This document shows positions 13,998-25,300 of a stretch of DNA of 64,000 nucleotides, piece after piece. The notes below the pieces were generated by a model. That model had not been told where the DNA came from. It searched no databases and saw only the letters and a list, made by a program, of their open reading frames with translations. Source of the DNA: Marsupella aquatica (lineage: Eukaryota; Plantae; Marchantiophyta); the NCBI GenBank assembly GCA_973895155.1, contig OZ316892.1, forward strand, positions 2,111,223-2,175,222. Reading direction: 5' to 3'. Every line of letters starts with the position of its first letter. Position 1 is the first letter of the stretch. Both the position numbers and the translations under genes were made by a program.

Positions 13998-16900
13998 TCA
14001 CGGCACTGGAATCACAGCTATCGCTTGTTTACGAGCCTCACGCTCTGCCAGCATGGCAGCGTGCATTTCTTTCTCTTTCTGCCCCTTGGATCCCTGCTCG
14101 TACATAACCCGTTTCTTCCATTGCTTCCGACTGCAGTACAATTCCAATGTCGTTAACCTTTGAGAGACCAACAGAAACGAAGGTAAAGCCTTCCCAAACC
14201 CAAATGCAACCAACTTCTTAAAGACATATTTTCTATATATTGCACGAGAGGTCTTCAAATTCTGCGTTTCTGTTCCATGCTTTGATCATTCTTGTCAGTG
14301 GCTCCTTTCTTCTTTCATGACATTCTACAAAAGTATTGAAGCCATCCATCCATTGCAGTAATCAACAGAGACGTATCACGAACACTATGAACGGCGTAGA
14401 GCATGAAAACACACCTAACAGGAACGCGGGGCTCCAGAATACCCCTTCGTTGCAAGCTTTTGAATCTGTCTCTGAGAAGAGTATAGCAGCCCTGAACCAA
14501 CAAAACAAATCAATTCTTTAGAAGGTTAGGATAAGGTTACTCACTCACCTGTAGAGAAACACTCGACTGTCCCAACGTATAAACAGCAGATGAATGAGAA
14601 ATCTAAGAAGGCAAGAGACCAATTTTTTTGAAATATATTCACCTTAATTTTTCTCAATGATCCTGTCACTTCATCAGTCAAAAGCACCTGCACGGGTTCC
14701 GGCTTGAACCTGAAAGTGTCACACAGCAGATCCTTCGCATCAGCAAGATGTGTTCCTTTCTTATAAGGAAACCTTCAAAAGGACAAAGCGTTCAAAGCGG
14801 TAAAGAGGAAACTAAGATACTTACTTGTGCTTGCCAAGTCGGGGAGGGCCTTGGGCACGTTTCTCTTCCCTTGTAGTATTTCGTCGAATACGAAACTTTT
14901 CTTGCTCTTCTTTTTCAGTAACTATATCATCCAATATTTCTGGCAACCTGTCCCAAACAAGTGGTACATGAGAAAGGTATACTCCAGATGCACAACTCGA
15001 GATTAGGACACTGAAATCATGCAAAACAGTAATAGAGCTTGCTGTTCAATCTATGAAGAGGCTAAGGAAACAGCTAGGTTTCAAAAGCATACCTTTGAAC
15101 ATCTTTCTTAACCTTCAATACTTTCTTCTTTTCTGACTCTACTCTCGAATTCTCCCTTCTCCTAGCTTTTCTATTCAACTCTGCACGAGTTAATTTCTTC
15201 ACCTTCACTACCCTGGAGCACAAACACACGACAATAATCAGCATTCCCCGAGAACGTGCCCAAGGGTGGTAAAAAAAGTTATCGTTCTCGTGGAAAAAAT
15301 CGGGACAAGGAAAGACTTCGGCTCCGTAATCAGTATCCAGCATTGGCAAACCTAGGTTATCTTACAAATTGTAATCCTCCAGAATTAAATAACTTTGAAA
15401 CGATCTGAAAGTTACCTGGAACCTAATGACGGGCCATCTCCTTCCTCGGGAGAAGCTTCGTTGTCATTTTCCTCTCCATCTTCATCAGCTTCAAGGAAGA
15501 ATACCTATCACATCCAATCCGCCATCAATTTCCCATAAACTTGTTGTATTTCTAATGTGCCAGTTAAATACTAAACACCACGCATAGATTGAACTGTCAA
15601 GCGACTTTTTAGTCGAACCATTTATGCATTGGGATATTGAGTGTAGGAACAAGTGTGAATATTCCCACAGACGACCCGTGATCTTCCCCATTTAAGAGAA
15701 AGAGCTTACATCTTCATCATCCACTGGAAACCCGGACACAATTCTTGGGACTGGTTCCGGTTCCAACTCCTTTCTATAAATCTTCCCCATTTCCTCTGCC
15801 ACAGCGAGACCAAGAGCTTCCTGTGCAAGACAACATGACATCTCAATGCTTAAAATATGTAAACCTAACACGGAAAGCCATCATCAAGACTCGACACCAA
15901 GGGAGAGCCCTGTAATTCCAATCACCACTTAAGTATCACCTCAGTAAAAGACTCTGCTGGTGGTATCAAAAACTCCTCAGAGCCTCCTAATGCGTCTGAA
16001 GTGCCCGCTAGCCTAGATACGAGAGAGGGTGGGTAGTACATCAACGAGGGAAACCCACCTGGTGATCACTAAACGTGGGATTATAAGAGCACCCTGGTGC
16101 GTCGACTTCAAGAGCAGGAATTGGGACAAGGTCGTTTTTAGCAGCAGCCAACTTCTTTGGTTTGCCTGTATCGTCAATGTCAACAATATCGTCAAAACTA
16201 TGACTCAAAAGATAGACATAATTATCTGCAACACGTTACTGGCAGCGTCCAGTGATCCAATGCCCTAAGGTGGAAACCACTAACAGTTATGGTCCACAAC
16301 TTCTGGGGAATTATCCCCCAATTATCTTATAGCAGCAAAATGGTTGCATTGAGACATCGGTTGACCAAACCCCTTCTAGCTTTCCAACTTCGAAGCAACG
16401 GAAAAACTTCGTTGAGGTACCTTGGCTATCCTCCCAGATATCTACGATCTTTTCCTCAGCTTCAGCGACATCCTGGGATACAAAAGTTCACAGTTTTACT
16501 ATCAAAGCAAAAGGAAGAAAACCTTAAATTTCAGACTGTTTGTAGAGTGTTTAATGGACTACCACCCTGAAGTAAGAAAAAGACGGCGGATGCCTGGAGA
16601 TCGCTTAAGTGACATCATCCCAAGCTCCAATGTGCATTTCCATGCACCATTCCGCTTACCGTCTCAACCACTGGCAAAGTTTTACCTTTGCCAGGTGGTT
16701 TCGCCACATCACGGTCCTTGCGTTTGGTTTTCCGCTTTAAAGGCGCCCGCAGTGGTGGAATCATAGAACTCCTTTGCAATATACTCTCATAATGTAGCAC
16801 CTTATTACGGTTCTTGGTGGTTTTCTTTTCTATTGTGACATCTGCGGACAGCAATGGCAAAACTTACGTGAGGATCCGGTGGATCTTTTCGTCGATAGAA

Positions 16901-18266
16901 AACAACACTTAAAGGACAGAAAGCTTCCATTTCCAATTGTCCGGAAACATTGATATAAAGGAAGACCATCCGAACGATCTGGATGCTAAAACAATGCGGA
17001 GTGCAGACCACACACGGTAGCATGAACACAAAAGAGTCAAGACCACTAGTTTTCTGGCTCGGAACCGCACAGGGTAAACGCTTCTGTCAGCAAAAAATTA
17101 GAGTGTTTGTATTTATGATATCCATGAAGAAGTCATCAATACGATTATCCTCATTCAGAAGTACCGTGCCATGCTTCGTGAGGATCCAGTTCATTTCTCG
17201 CCGATAAAAATCATCGACTAAAGACAGACAATTGGCATTTCCCCTGTGTCCTCACACACTGATAAAGAAGGACCACCCCAACAATCCGAATTCTAGAACA
17301 ATGCGATGTGCAGACCTCACACCGTAGCCGCAAACTAACAAAAGAGAGAAGCCTGATCGGAACGGCACAAGGTACGAACTTCTGTCAGCAAAAAATTAGA
17401 GTGTTTGTATTTATGATATCCACGAAGAAGTCATTAATACATTTATCCTCATTCAGAAGTACCGTGCTCTGCGCTCCGTATCGAATGTCCTCAAGCAAAC
17501 TAGGTTGGTCGGCCTATGACACTCATCCACCGTTCCTAAAAAATGTGTAAGATCGACAGATTCCTCGCATTGAAAAACGGTCCAAACAGGCTGGACCTTC
17601 TTTCGTTGCTAAAAAGGACATAGAAGGCTTTTCTTTTGGAAATACATTCCTGTGATGAAATAATTTCACGATTTCAGCTAGGTCTCATTGTCGGCGATAA
17701 CCTGAGCTGTCACAGGCAAGGCACTCTTCAAAATTCAAGAATGTCCCGTACACCTGACATGCTGAGGAAATGCTCTGGATGTAAATGAACTGAAGGGGAC
17801 ATTTGGAGACCACTTAATTGAGACAAACATCAAGGAATTAAAGGCGTCCAAGTCGGAACTTAACCGCCGAGATGCTGCACTGCTAAAGGACATGTCGGAA
17901 TACGCACAGCGAAAAGCTGCAGAAGAAAACTTCAGCACGAGAGGAAACAGCAATGAAACAAGAAGGCAGAGATGGCAAAAGTATGTTCAGTGGACACCTC
18001 AATAGAACACACACTGAATAACTCAGAAGTTCCCTGAACACTGGAGGAACCCCGAAGCAACGATGGACATCGGCGGAATGCCTGACTGCATACATACCTT
18101 TAGATTTGTCCACGAAAAAGAGAGCATCACTGGCAACTGCGCCTAAAGGGCCACCAGCACGCTCCTCTTGACCCTCCTTGATGAAGTAGTTCTCTGTCTC
18201 CTCCGTGCTGATGTTGGCCCGCCATGCTTTCTTGCCTTTTCTAGACGTCTTCGCTCTCTTCCCCAT
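13998..18266 (-). CDS. NOP53: Ribosome biogenesis protein NOP53 (GLTSCR2/PICT1 family), 11 exons, about 409 aa
   Basis: Exons with GT-AG borders and consistent phases: 18266-18098, 16841-16660, 16472-16421, 16165-16059, 15820-15710, 15504-15416, 15212-15093, 14947-14825, 14709-14643, 14491-14415, 14130-13998. Motifs SRKGKKAWRANI, LFFVD (Mtr4 arch-interacting motif), PGCSYNP..HQ, PPRLGKHKF, GSLRKIK and DRFKSLQRRGILEPR. Confidence 0.93.
17081..17161 (-). ncRNA. Intronic box C/D snoRNA candidate, copy A
   Basis: Minus strand reads CTTCTG-a-ATGAGGA (box C variant)...CACTCTAATTTTTT-g-CTGA (box D)-CAGAAG. It has a 6-bp terminal stem, k-turn spacing and a 14-nt complement to the conserved 18S segment AAAAAAUUAGAGUG. 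Confidence 0.78.
17379..17459 (-). ncRNA. Intronic box C/D snoRNA candidate, copy B
   Basis: Paralog 298 bp away with identical boxes, stem and guide, while the flanking duplicated intron sequence is much more diverged. Confidence 0.78.
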
Positions 18267-18447
18267 TGGACTGCTCTACTGACAAAACCCTGCCCAGCTC
18301 ACCTCCTGCTCGTAGAGGAACAAACGCGATCAATGTATACTTTCAATCGTCGTCTTCTTCTTCTTCTTCTTGTACAGCAAATTTCAGATACTCTCTACTC
18401 TACCATTGCCAGTAGGAATTAAACCAAGAGGAGCCTGTCTTCCACTC

Positions 18448-18636
18448 AACCATGACATCAAATTCAAGTCCGTGACTGTTCGAAGGTCTCGAGAAACGAT
18501 GACATCAAATTCAAGTCCGTGACTGTTCGAAGGTCTCGAGAAACCATGACATCAAATTCAAGTCCGTGACTATTCGAAGGTCTCGAGAAACCATGACATC
18601 AAATTCAAGTCCGTGACTGTTCGAAGGTCTCGAGAA
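18448..18636. repeat. 47-bp tandem repeat x4 upstream of the NOP53 ATG
   Basis: Unit ccatgacatcaaattcaagtccgtgactgttcgaaggtctcgagaaa; copies nearly identical. Confidence 0.95.
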
Positions 18637-18706
18637 CAGATCGCGTCCAAGGCAGTGAATAAGAGCTGCACTGATGCGCAGGAAGGAAACCTTCGAGGCC
18701 GACCTT

Positions 18707-18715
18707 AAACCCTAA
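18707..18715. promoter_or_regulatory. Telo-box (AAACCCTAA) upstream of NOP53
   Basis: Exact motif about 440 bp upstream of the ATG, with a second AACCCTAA near 18757. Telo-boxes are typical of plant ribosome-biogenesis gene promoters. Confidence 0.5.
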
Positions 18716-19123
18716 AGGCTTTCCAATGTATGTGAAGCGATTGATTGCTAGCCTACAACCCTAACCTGACTGACGATCTCACCTTAGAGTTAAACTCGGA
18801 CCCGTGGTCTCCCTGACCAGAACGGCCATCACAATTTCAATTTTATTATTTTTATTTCGAAAAATCTATATTAAGCTTGGATGGCATCTCAAGTCCAAAC
18901 CTTTGCTTGGATGGGATCTCTCAGGTTGCAGGGACTATATGGATATACAAGGCCAATGTCTCTGTGTTGCATTTTGTTGTTGAGCATAGCGTGTCATTGC
19001 ATGAACAATGGTTGCTCTAATGGAAAGGGCATCACTGCAGAAAGTGTGGTGTTGTGGAAAGTGTGCTGTTACTGAAGGTGTGTCATTGCAAAAATGTTTG
19101 TCCTTGCACAAAAATCATGTTGT

Positions 19124-19230
19124 TGTTAGACTCTACCTTGACCGGAGGACCGGATTAGCCGGTCATCCCGGCACCACCATATGTACCATTACCGAGACTA
19201 TACTGAGACCATTGTTATCACCATCAAACA
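19124..19230 (+). repeat. 5' LTR (107 bp)
   Basis: TGTTAGACTC...CATCAAACA; two mismatches to the 3' LTR. Confidence 0.96.
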
Positions 19231-19244
19231 CGTTATCAGCACGA
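19231..19244 (+). other. Primer-binding site complementary to the 5' half of tRNA-Ile(IAU)
   Basis: CGTTATCAGCACGA abuts the LTR. It is complementary to the tRNA-Ile anticodon arm UCGUGCU-IAU-AACG (tRNA sequence recalled, not searched). Confidence 0.75.
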
Positions 19245-20915
19245 GACTCACCGAGGCTGAGCAAGGAGGCTAAGATTTTTTTCGAAGAGCCATGGCGAAT
19301 TGAGTAATGATTGAGTAAGACGAATAAGAGATCGGAAGGAAGCGTGCAGCTTTCGAAAGCAATTGACCATGGGTCTCGTTTTTTTTCCCTTAGGAAAAAT
19401 CGTCAATTCATAAGGACATCACAAGGCAGAAGGCCGTATGCAGGAAGGAGATGAGAGAATGAGTGAGCGAGAGAGAACGCAAGGAGATTCATAAGGGCAT
19501 CGGTAGAACACGGAGCCAGGCCCAAAGTCACACATATTCAATTCTCGAAAGAGAATAGAGAGGGCCGAAAGAGACGTCGGACCGAACGCTGGCAGCAATC
19601 GAGAGAGGAAAAGAAGCGGAGAAACTTTGGAAAGCCTACGAAGATTGGAGGAGCTAAGGAACAATGCCCTATTAGATTGAATTTCGCATCGTTTCAGAAA
19701 ACATGGAGCGCAGCACAGATTAGACTGAAGAGCGCCCCGGCAACAATCATGCGAATCAAAAAGAAGCAGAACGAGAAGGCGAGAATGAATAGAGAGACGA
19801 GCCCGCGAAGACGCAGCACGGGTCCGATTACCCCAACCACCAAGGATCAATGAAGCCAAAGTAGAAAGAGAAGCGCAGGAGATCGGGAGCGAAGAAAAGG
19901 CCGCTAGCAGCGAGAAGCCGAAAGTATCGAAAACAAAAGATAAGGGGCAAAGAACTGAAAGAAGAAGGAACTTTCAACAATCCACGGATATCTACCCAAT
20001 TTGGACAGCCATCCTACAAAAGGTGGTTTTGACGATCAAGACGATAATACAGTTAAGTGTGTGAGACCTTTCGGCATCTAGCTCTAAGCGCAGGACCTAT
20101 GGTGCATGAAGAAAATATAGCAGAACAACAAAGATTGAAGGAAATGACAGAGAGCCCTGGATGAAGAGACGATAGCCCTCGACCCTGGATGAAGCGAAAG
20201 TGTCCGATGCCTTGCTGACAAAATTTTAGACTGCCAAGTGACGGAATTGTGGAAATTGCGCAAATCGAAGGAGATTAAGGACTCAATAAGGGCAGCATCG
20301 AACGAAAGAGCGCCTACCAAAGGCGCAACAAGAATGGGTCAGAGACTAGTCAGAGAGAGAGACACGGGACTAAGAAAAGCGTTGGATACCTAGCAAACGT
20401 TCGGACTTCAAGGACACCTCACAATTGCAGCAATAACCCCACCATAGCCAGGACATCGAAGGAGATTCGAAAGGCAGCAGAAGCGCGCATAGGGGCCACC
20501 AAGAGGGGAGATTGCACTACATTTCATCGAGAAAAACCGCTAAGTGCACCACTTATAACCGCAAACCCCCTGTAATTGCAATTTCCCTCAAAGCGACCTC
20601 AATTACAAAGCATAACGTGCACTTAAACAGAGCACAAGTAAAGCATCACCCATAACTGCAACCCTAAGTGCACAACCAGATAACTGCACAGCTAAACAAA
20701 AGGAAAAAGATAATACAAAGGAAACTTTGCAGTTAAAAAAATACCAAGAAAACCCTAAACCATAAGTGCAAAACCTAAAAAGGAATTTCCGATTTGCATG
20801 CGTTCTCCACCCAGCTCCACCTTGCATGCCGCATAAATGTGCTTAGTCATTCCTTACTATACTTACTAGTATATAAACCTCAACCACACTTAAAAGGAAT
20901 CCAGCCATCAACCCG

Positions 20916-22226
20916 ATGACCAACCTCGAGAAACTCAACTTTCCAGCCCTTGACATCGACGGTAGTAACTACCTGGAATGGTCAATGAATCTTAGAGAGA
21001 ACCTTACATCGCTGACCCTACTCCCAGCGATAGGAATGGCCCAACCTATCCTCGCCGGCGAACCTCAGCCAGATCCACTGACTAAAGCCAACGAATCGAA
21101 AGCCCTAGTATTCCTGAGACGCCATATCCATAGATTCCTTCAGAGACAATACATGCACCTATCGACCCCTCGGGAACTATGGACAGCCCTCCAAACACGA
21201 TTCGACCACCAAAAACTGGTCGAACTACCTAAAGCCAGGCAAGACTGGCTAAACCTGCGAGTCCAGGACTTTACCTCTATCTCAGCCTACAATAGCGAAC
21301 TCTTTAGAATATCCTCAACCCTCGCACTATGCGGCGAGCCGGTCACGGACAAGGATCTGCTAGAGAAGACCTTGTCGACATTTCACTCATCGAATGTGTG
21401 GCTATCAACACAGTATCGAAACATGAAGTTCGGGCAATACTCCGAGCTCATAGCCCACCTCCTAGTCACAGAAAGAAACCAAGAACTCCTTTTAGTTAAC
21501 TCTAGAAAATGCCCTGCGGGCACACTGCCCTCAGGATCACAGAGTGAAACACATCTTATCGACACCGCTGAACCCTCCACATCAAGGCAGGGCATTAAGC
21601 GCAGTAGGAACGGCAACCATAGAAACAACCCCAACAGGGGGAGTTTCTTTAACCAACGCCCACAACACAATTTCAGACGGTCCTTTAGTGGACGTGGAGG
21701 ATGCGGAGGACGTGGAGGACGCGATGGACGCGGCGGACGAGGCGAACGCGGCGGACGCGGTGGTGGTAGACCATACAACAACAACCGTAGGAATGATCGG
21801 TCACAACCCCGACAACAACGGGAACGACCGAAATGCCATGAATGTGGCATGACAAACCACCTCGCGAGAAACTGTAGAATCTCGCAATATCTTAGAGATT
21901 TATATCAACGGTCCATCCAGGATAGACAAACCTCAAGACCACCACCCCGTGAAACCCACGGGGCGTTTATGGAGTCTAGCGACCCATTCCAAGACTTTTC
22001 AGACCTACCTGCCCAACCAGAGGCACACTTAGTGGCAAGTAGCTCCACTACACCAGATTTAAATAGCCCAAGCACATGTATTATCGACAGTGCGACCACG
22101 CACACTATCCTCAGGGATAGGCACCTTTTCCACAAGATTACACCCTCACGTAGATCCCTGACCACTATAAATGGTCCTAGTCAAATAGAAGAGGGCTTCG
22201 GCCCAGCCTCTATTAGACTCCCGTAG
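20916..22226 (+). CDS. gag: Copia Gag plus start of the protease (ends at a TAG inside the protease)
   Basis: UBN2-like gag (LWTALQTRFDH), RGG-rich segment, CHECGMTNHLARNC zinc knuckle, protease motif CIIDSATTHTI. The protease frame continues past the TAG to 22388. Confidence 0.88.
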   Translation: MTNLEKLNFPALDIDGSNYLEWSMNLRENLTSLTLLPAIGMAQPILAGEPQPDPLTKANESKALVFLRRHIHRFLQRQYMHLSTPRELWTALQTRFDHQKLVELPKARQDWLNLRVQDFTSISAYNSELFRISSTLALCGEPVTDKDLLEKTLSTFHSSNVWLSTQYRNMKFGQYSELIAHLLVTERNQELLLVNSRKCPAGTLPSGSQSETHLIDTAEPSTSRQGIKRSRNGNHRNNPNRGSFFNQRPQHNFRRSFSGRGGCGGRGGRDGRGGRGERGGRGGGRPYNNNRRNDRSQPRQQRERPKCHECGMTNHLARNCRISQYLRDLYQRSIQDRQTSRPPPRETHGAFMESSDPFQDFSDLPAQPEAHLVASSSTTPDLNSPSTCIIDSATTHTILRDRHLFHKITPSRRSLTTINGPSQIEEGFGPASIRLP

Positions 22227-22381
22227 GGTACTGAAATACACATAGAATCTGCCATTTTCGCCCCAAACGCAACTCGTAATCTCCTTAGCTTTAGAGATAT
22301 ACGAGCAAATGGGCTACATGTCCAAACGGGCGATACCAGAGACCAAGAGGTCATTCACTTGGTTGAAAACACCCTTAAGGG

Positions 22382-25300
22382 GAAATAATTAAAGAGACAC
22401 TTTTCTCGTATCCTTGCGGGTTTTACATAACACAAATTGAATGCCTGCATAACAACGCCAATACAAGCGAATTGCATGCGCTATGGCATGCACGCCTCGG
22501 CCACCCCGGCCAATCAATGCTAACAAAAATCATTAAGAATTCAAGTGGCATTCCAATCAATACACGCCACATCCCAGTGAGCACTCCATGCACTGCATGC
22601 TCACGCGGCAAGTTAATAACAAGGCCCACGGCATCAAAATTGCCAACTAAAATACCCCAATTCTTGGAAATAATCCATGCTGATGTTTGCGGGCCAATTA
22701 ACCCACCAAGCGGACCTTTCCGCCACTTTATGGTTTTAATTGACGCATCAACCAAATGGTCAAATGTGACCTTGCTTTCAACGAGGAACATGGTAATACC
22801 TCGCATTTTGGCGCAAATCCTGCGCGTGAAAGCACAATTCCCCGACCACCCCATTAAGACACTAAGGGTAGACAATGCAGGGGAATTCACATCCGAAACG
22901 TTTGATGACTTTTGCACATCACTTGGCATAGACGTACAATATCCTGTACCTCATGTGCATTTCCAGAATGGATTAGCTGAAGCGATAATTAAACGCCTTC
23001 AGTTAATTGCACGCCCATTACTAATGCAGTCAAAACTCCCCATCTCAGCATGGGGACACGCCATATTACAGGCGAATGCATTAATCCAATATCGCCCATC
23101 AGCTTTTGATACCTATAGCCCATACCAAATAGCTAACGGTATTAAACCTAACCTATCACACCTTCGTTCATTTGGATGTCAAGTAATGGCCCCCATTACT
23201 CCACCCAAACAAACCAAGATGGGACCCCAACGACAGTTGGGGATATACATCGGATTCGACTCACCGTCCATAATCCGATATATGGAGCCCACAACTGGCG
23301 ATGTTTTTAAAGCCAGATATCTAGATTGTCATTTTGATGAACACATTTATCCACCATTAATAACCCCTGAACACCCACAACCACCTCTGGAGTGGGAAAG
23401 ACACTCGCCATTTTGGCAAGACCTTCGAACGAATCAAGGGGAGAAAGAAGTTCAACGAATTTTGCAACTCCACAAGATTGTGGAAGAACTTCCCGACGCT
23501 TTCGTCGATACATCCCAAGTTAGCCGCTCATATATTCCAGCTGCGAGAGCATCTGCTCGCATCAAATTATCAAGTGAGCCAGCTAGTACATCCCAACCTC
23601 GTGCAAAACGAGGCAGACCTTTGGGATCCAAGGATAAACAACCAAGAAGGCGCGGTTCATCTATACCACCTTCATCTGATGCCGACCACACAGAATCCAC
23701 AACTCATGAAGAGATTTCTATCCATTACGCACATACAGGTACGATGTGGGATAGAAATACTACCTCAATAGATAATGCTTTTGCATTAATGGTGGCAACA
23801 CATATCACAGACGAAACACCAGAACCAATATCCATCTTAGAATGCCAAAACAGACCAGATTGGCCTGAATGGCAGAAAGCTATAAATGGAGAATTAGATT
23901 CCCTACTAAGCAGACACACTTTTGGCCCAGTCGAGCCAACACCGCAAGACGTACATCTCATTGGCTACAAGTGGACATTTGTCCGCAAAAGAAATGATAA
24001 AGGCCAAGTTGTACGTTACAAAGCACGTCTGGTAGGGAAAGGATTTACCCAACAACCGGGAATTCATTACGATGAAACTTACTCACCGGTTATGGATAGC
24101 ACAACATTCCGATATTTAATCGGATTTGCCATTTTCCACCAACTACAAATGCGACAATTAGATGTTGCAACTGCATATTTATATGGCACTTTAGACACCT
24201 GTCTATATATGAGATCACCTCCTGAGTTGGAGCAACGTCGCCGAGCTTTAGCTCAAGGCGCTAAATCGCACATCCCATATTTACATAAGATTATCACACA
24301 ATTATCTCAAGTTACACCTCATGTGTCATCTACACACGTAACTCATAACAACGACACCGCTGTGTCAACCGTACGGAATACTCACCGCGGACTAGCTATC
24401 CGTGTGTTGAAGGCATTATATGGCCTGAAACAAAGTGGCAGAGTATGGTATCAAAGATTTACTGATGAAATGATTGCCATGGGTTTTTCCCATGATGCCA
24501 TTACACCATGTTTATTTATTAAACATGTGGATGATGAATATGTCATCATTTCTATTTACGTTGATGACTTAAATATATTTGGGACACCCCAACTTACAGA
24601 AGATACAATTACCAGTCTTAAATCCACATTTGAGATGAAAGACCTTGGACATACAAATTTTTGCTTAGGTTTACAACTAGAAATCCTACCCACTGGCATG
24701 ATGCTCCATCAGACCACACAAACCGAAAAGATCCTAAAACAATTCAATATGAACCTAGCACACCCATTGATGTCACCAATGGTTGTACGTTCATTAGAAA
24801 ATAACACTGATGTTTTTCGCAAGTGCGAAGAACATGAACCACTATTAGGACCAGAAACACCATACCTTTCTGCAATAGGAGCATTAATGTACCTAGCGAA
24901 TCAGACCAGACCAGACATTGCATTTGCAGTTAACTTACTAGCCAGACATAGTGCAACTCCCACAGCCAGACATTGGAACGGAGTTAAGCACGTATTTAGA
25001 TATCTACGTGGAACCACCGATACTGGGTTATTTTACCCATTCGGTGCAAACCACGAGCTCATAGGATACGCGGATGCCGGATATCTCTCAGACACTGATA
25101 CTGCAAAATCCCAAACTGGATATATTTTTACCATAGGGGGTACCGTTTTTTCTTGGAAAAGCGTGAAACAGACCCTAACAGCAACCTCATCGAACCACTC
25201 AGAAATCTTAGCTCTACATGAGGCTAGTCGTGAAGCCGTTTGGTTACGATCCTTTATAAACCACATCAACACCAAATGCGGCCTACCACCACTAACGAAG

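Noticed and set aside
14315-14325. Alternative NOP53 last exon (RMS*)
   Set aside because: The 14130 acceptor gives a longer, plausible basic C-terminus; the short form cannot be supported without RNA data.
16530-16625. Third C/D snoRNA in NOP53 intron 2
   Set aside because: It has AUGAUGU and CUGA plus a short AAACACUCUA match, but no terminal stem, and the guide is not adjacent to box D.
18448-18636. CRISPR-like array
   Set aside because: The units are contiguous with no unique spacers, the context is eukaryotic, and there are no cas genes.
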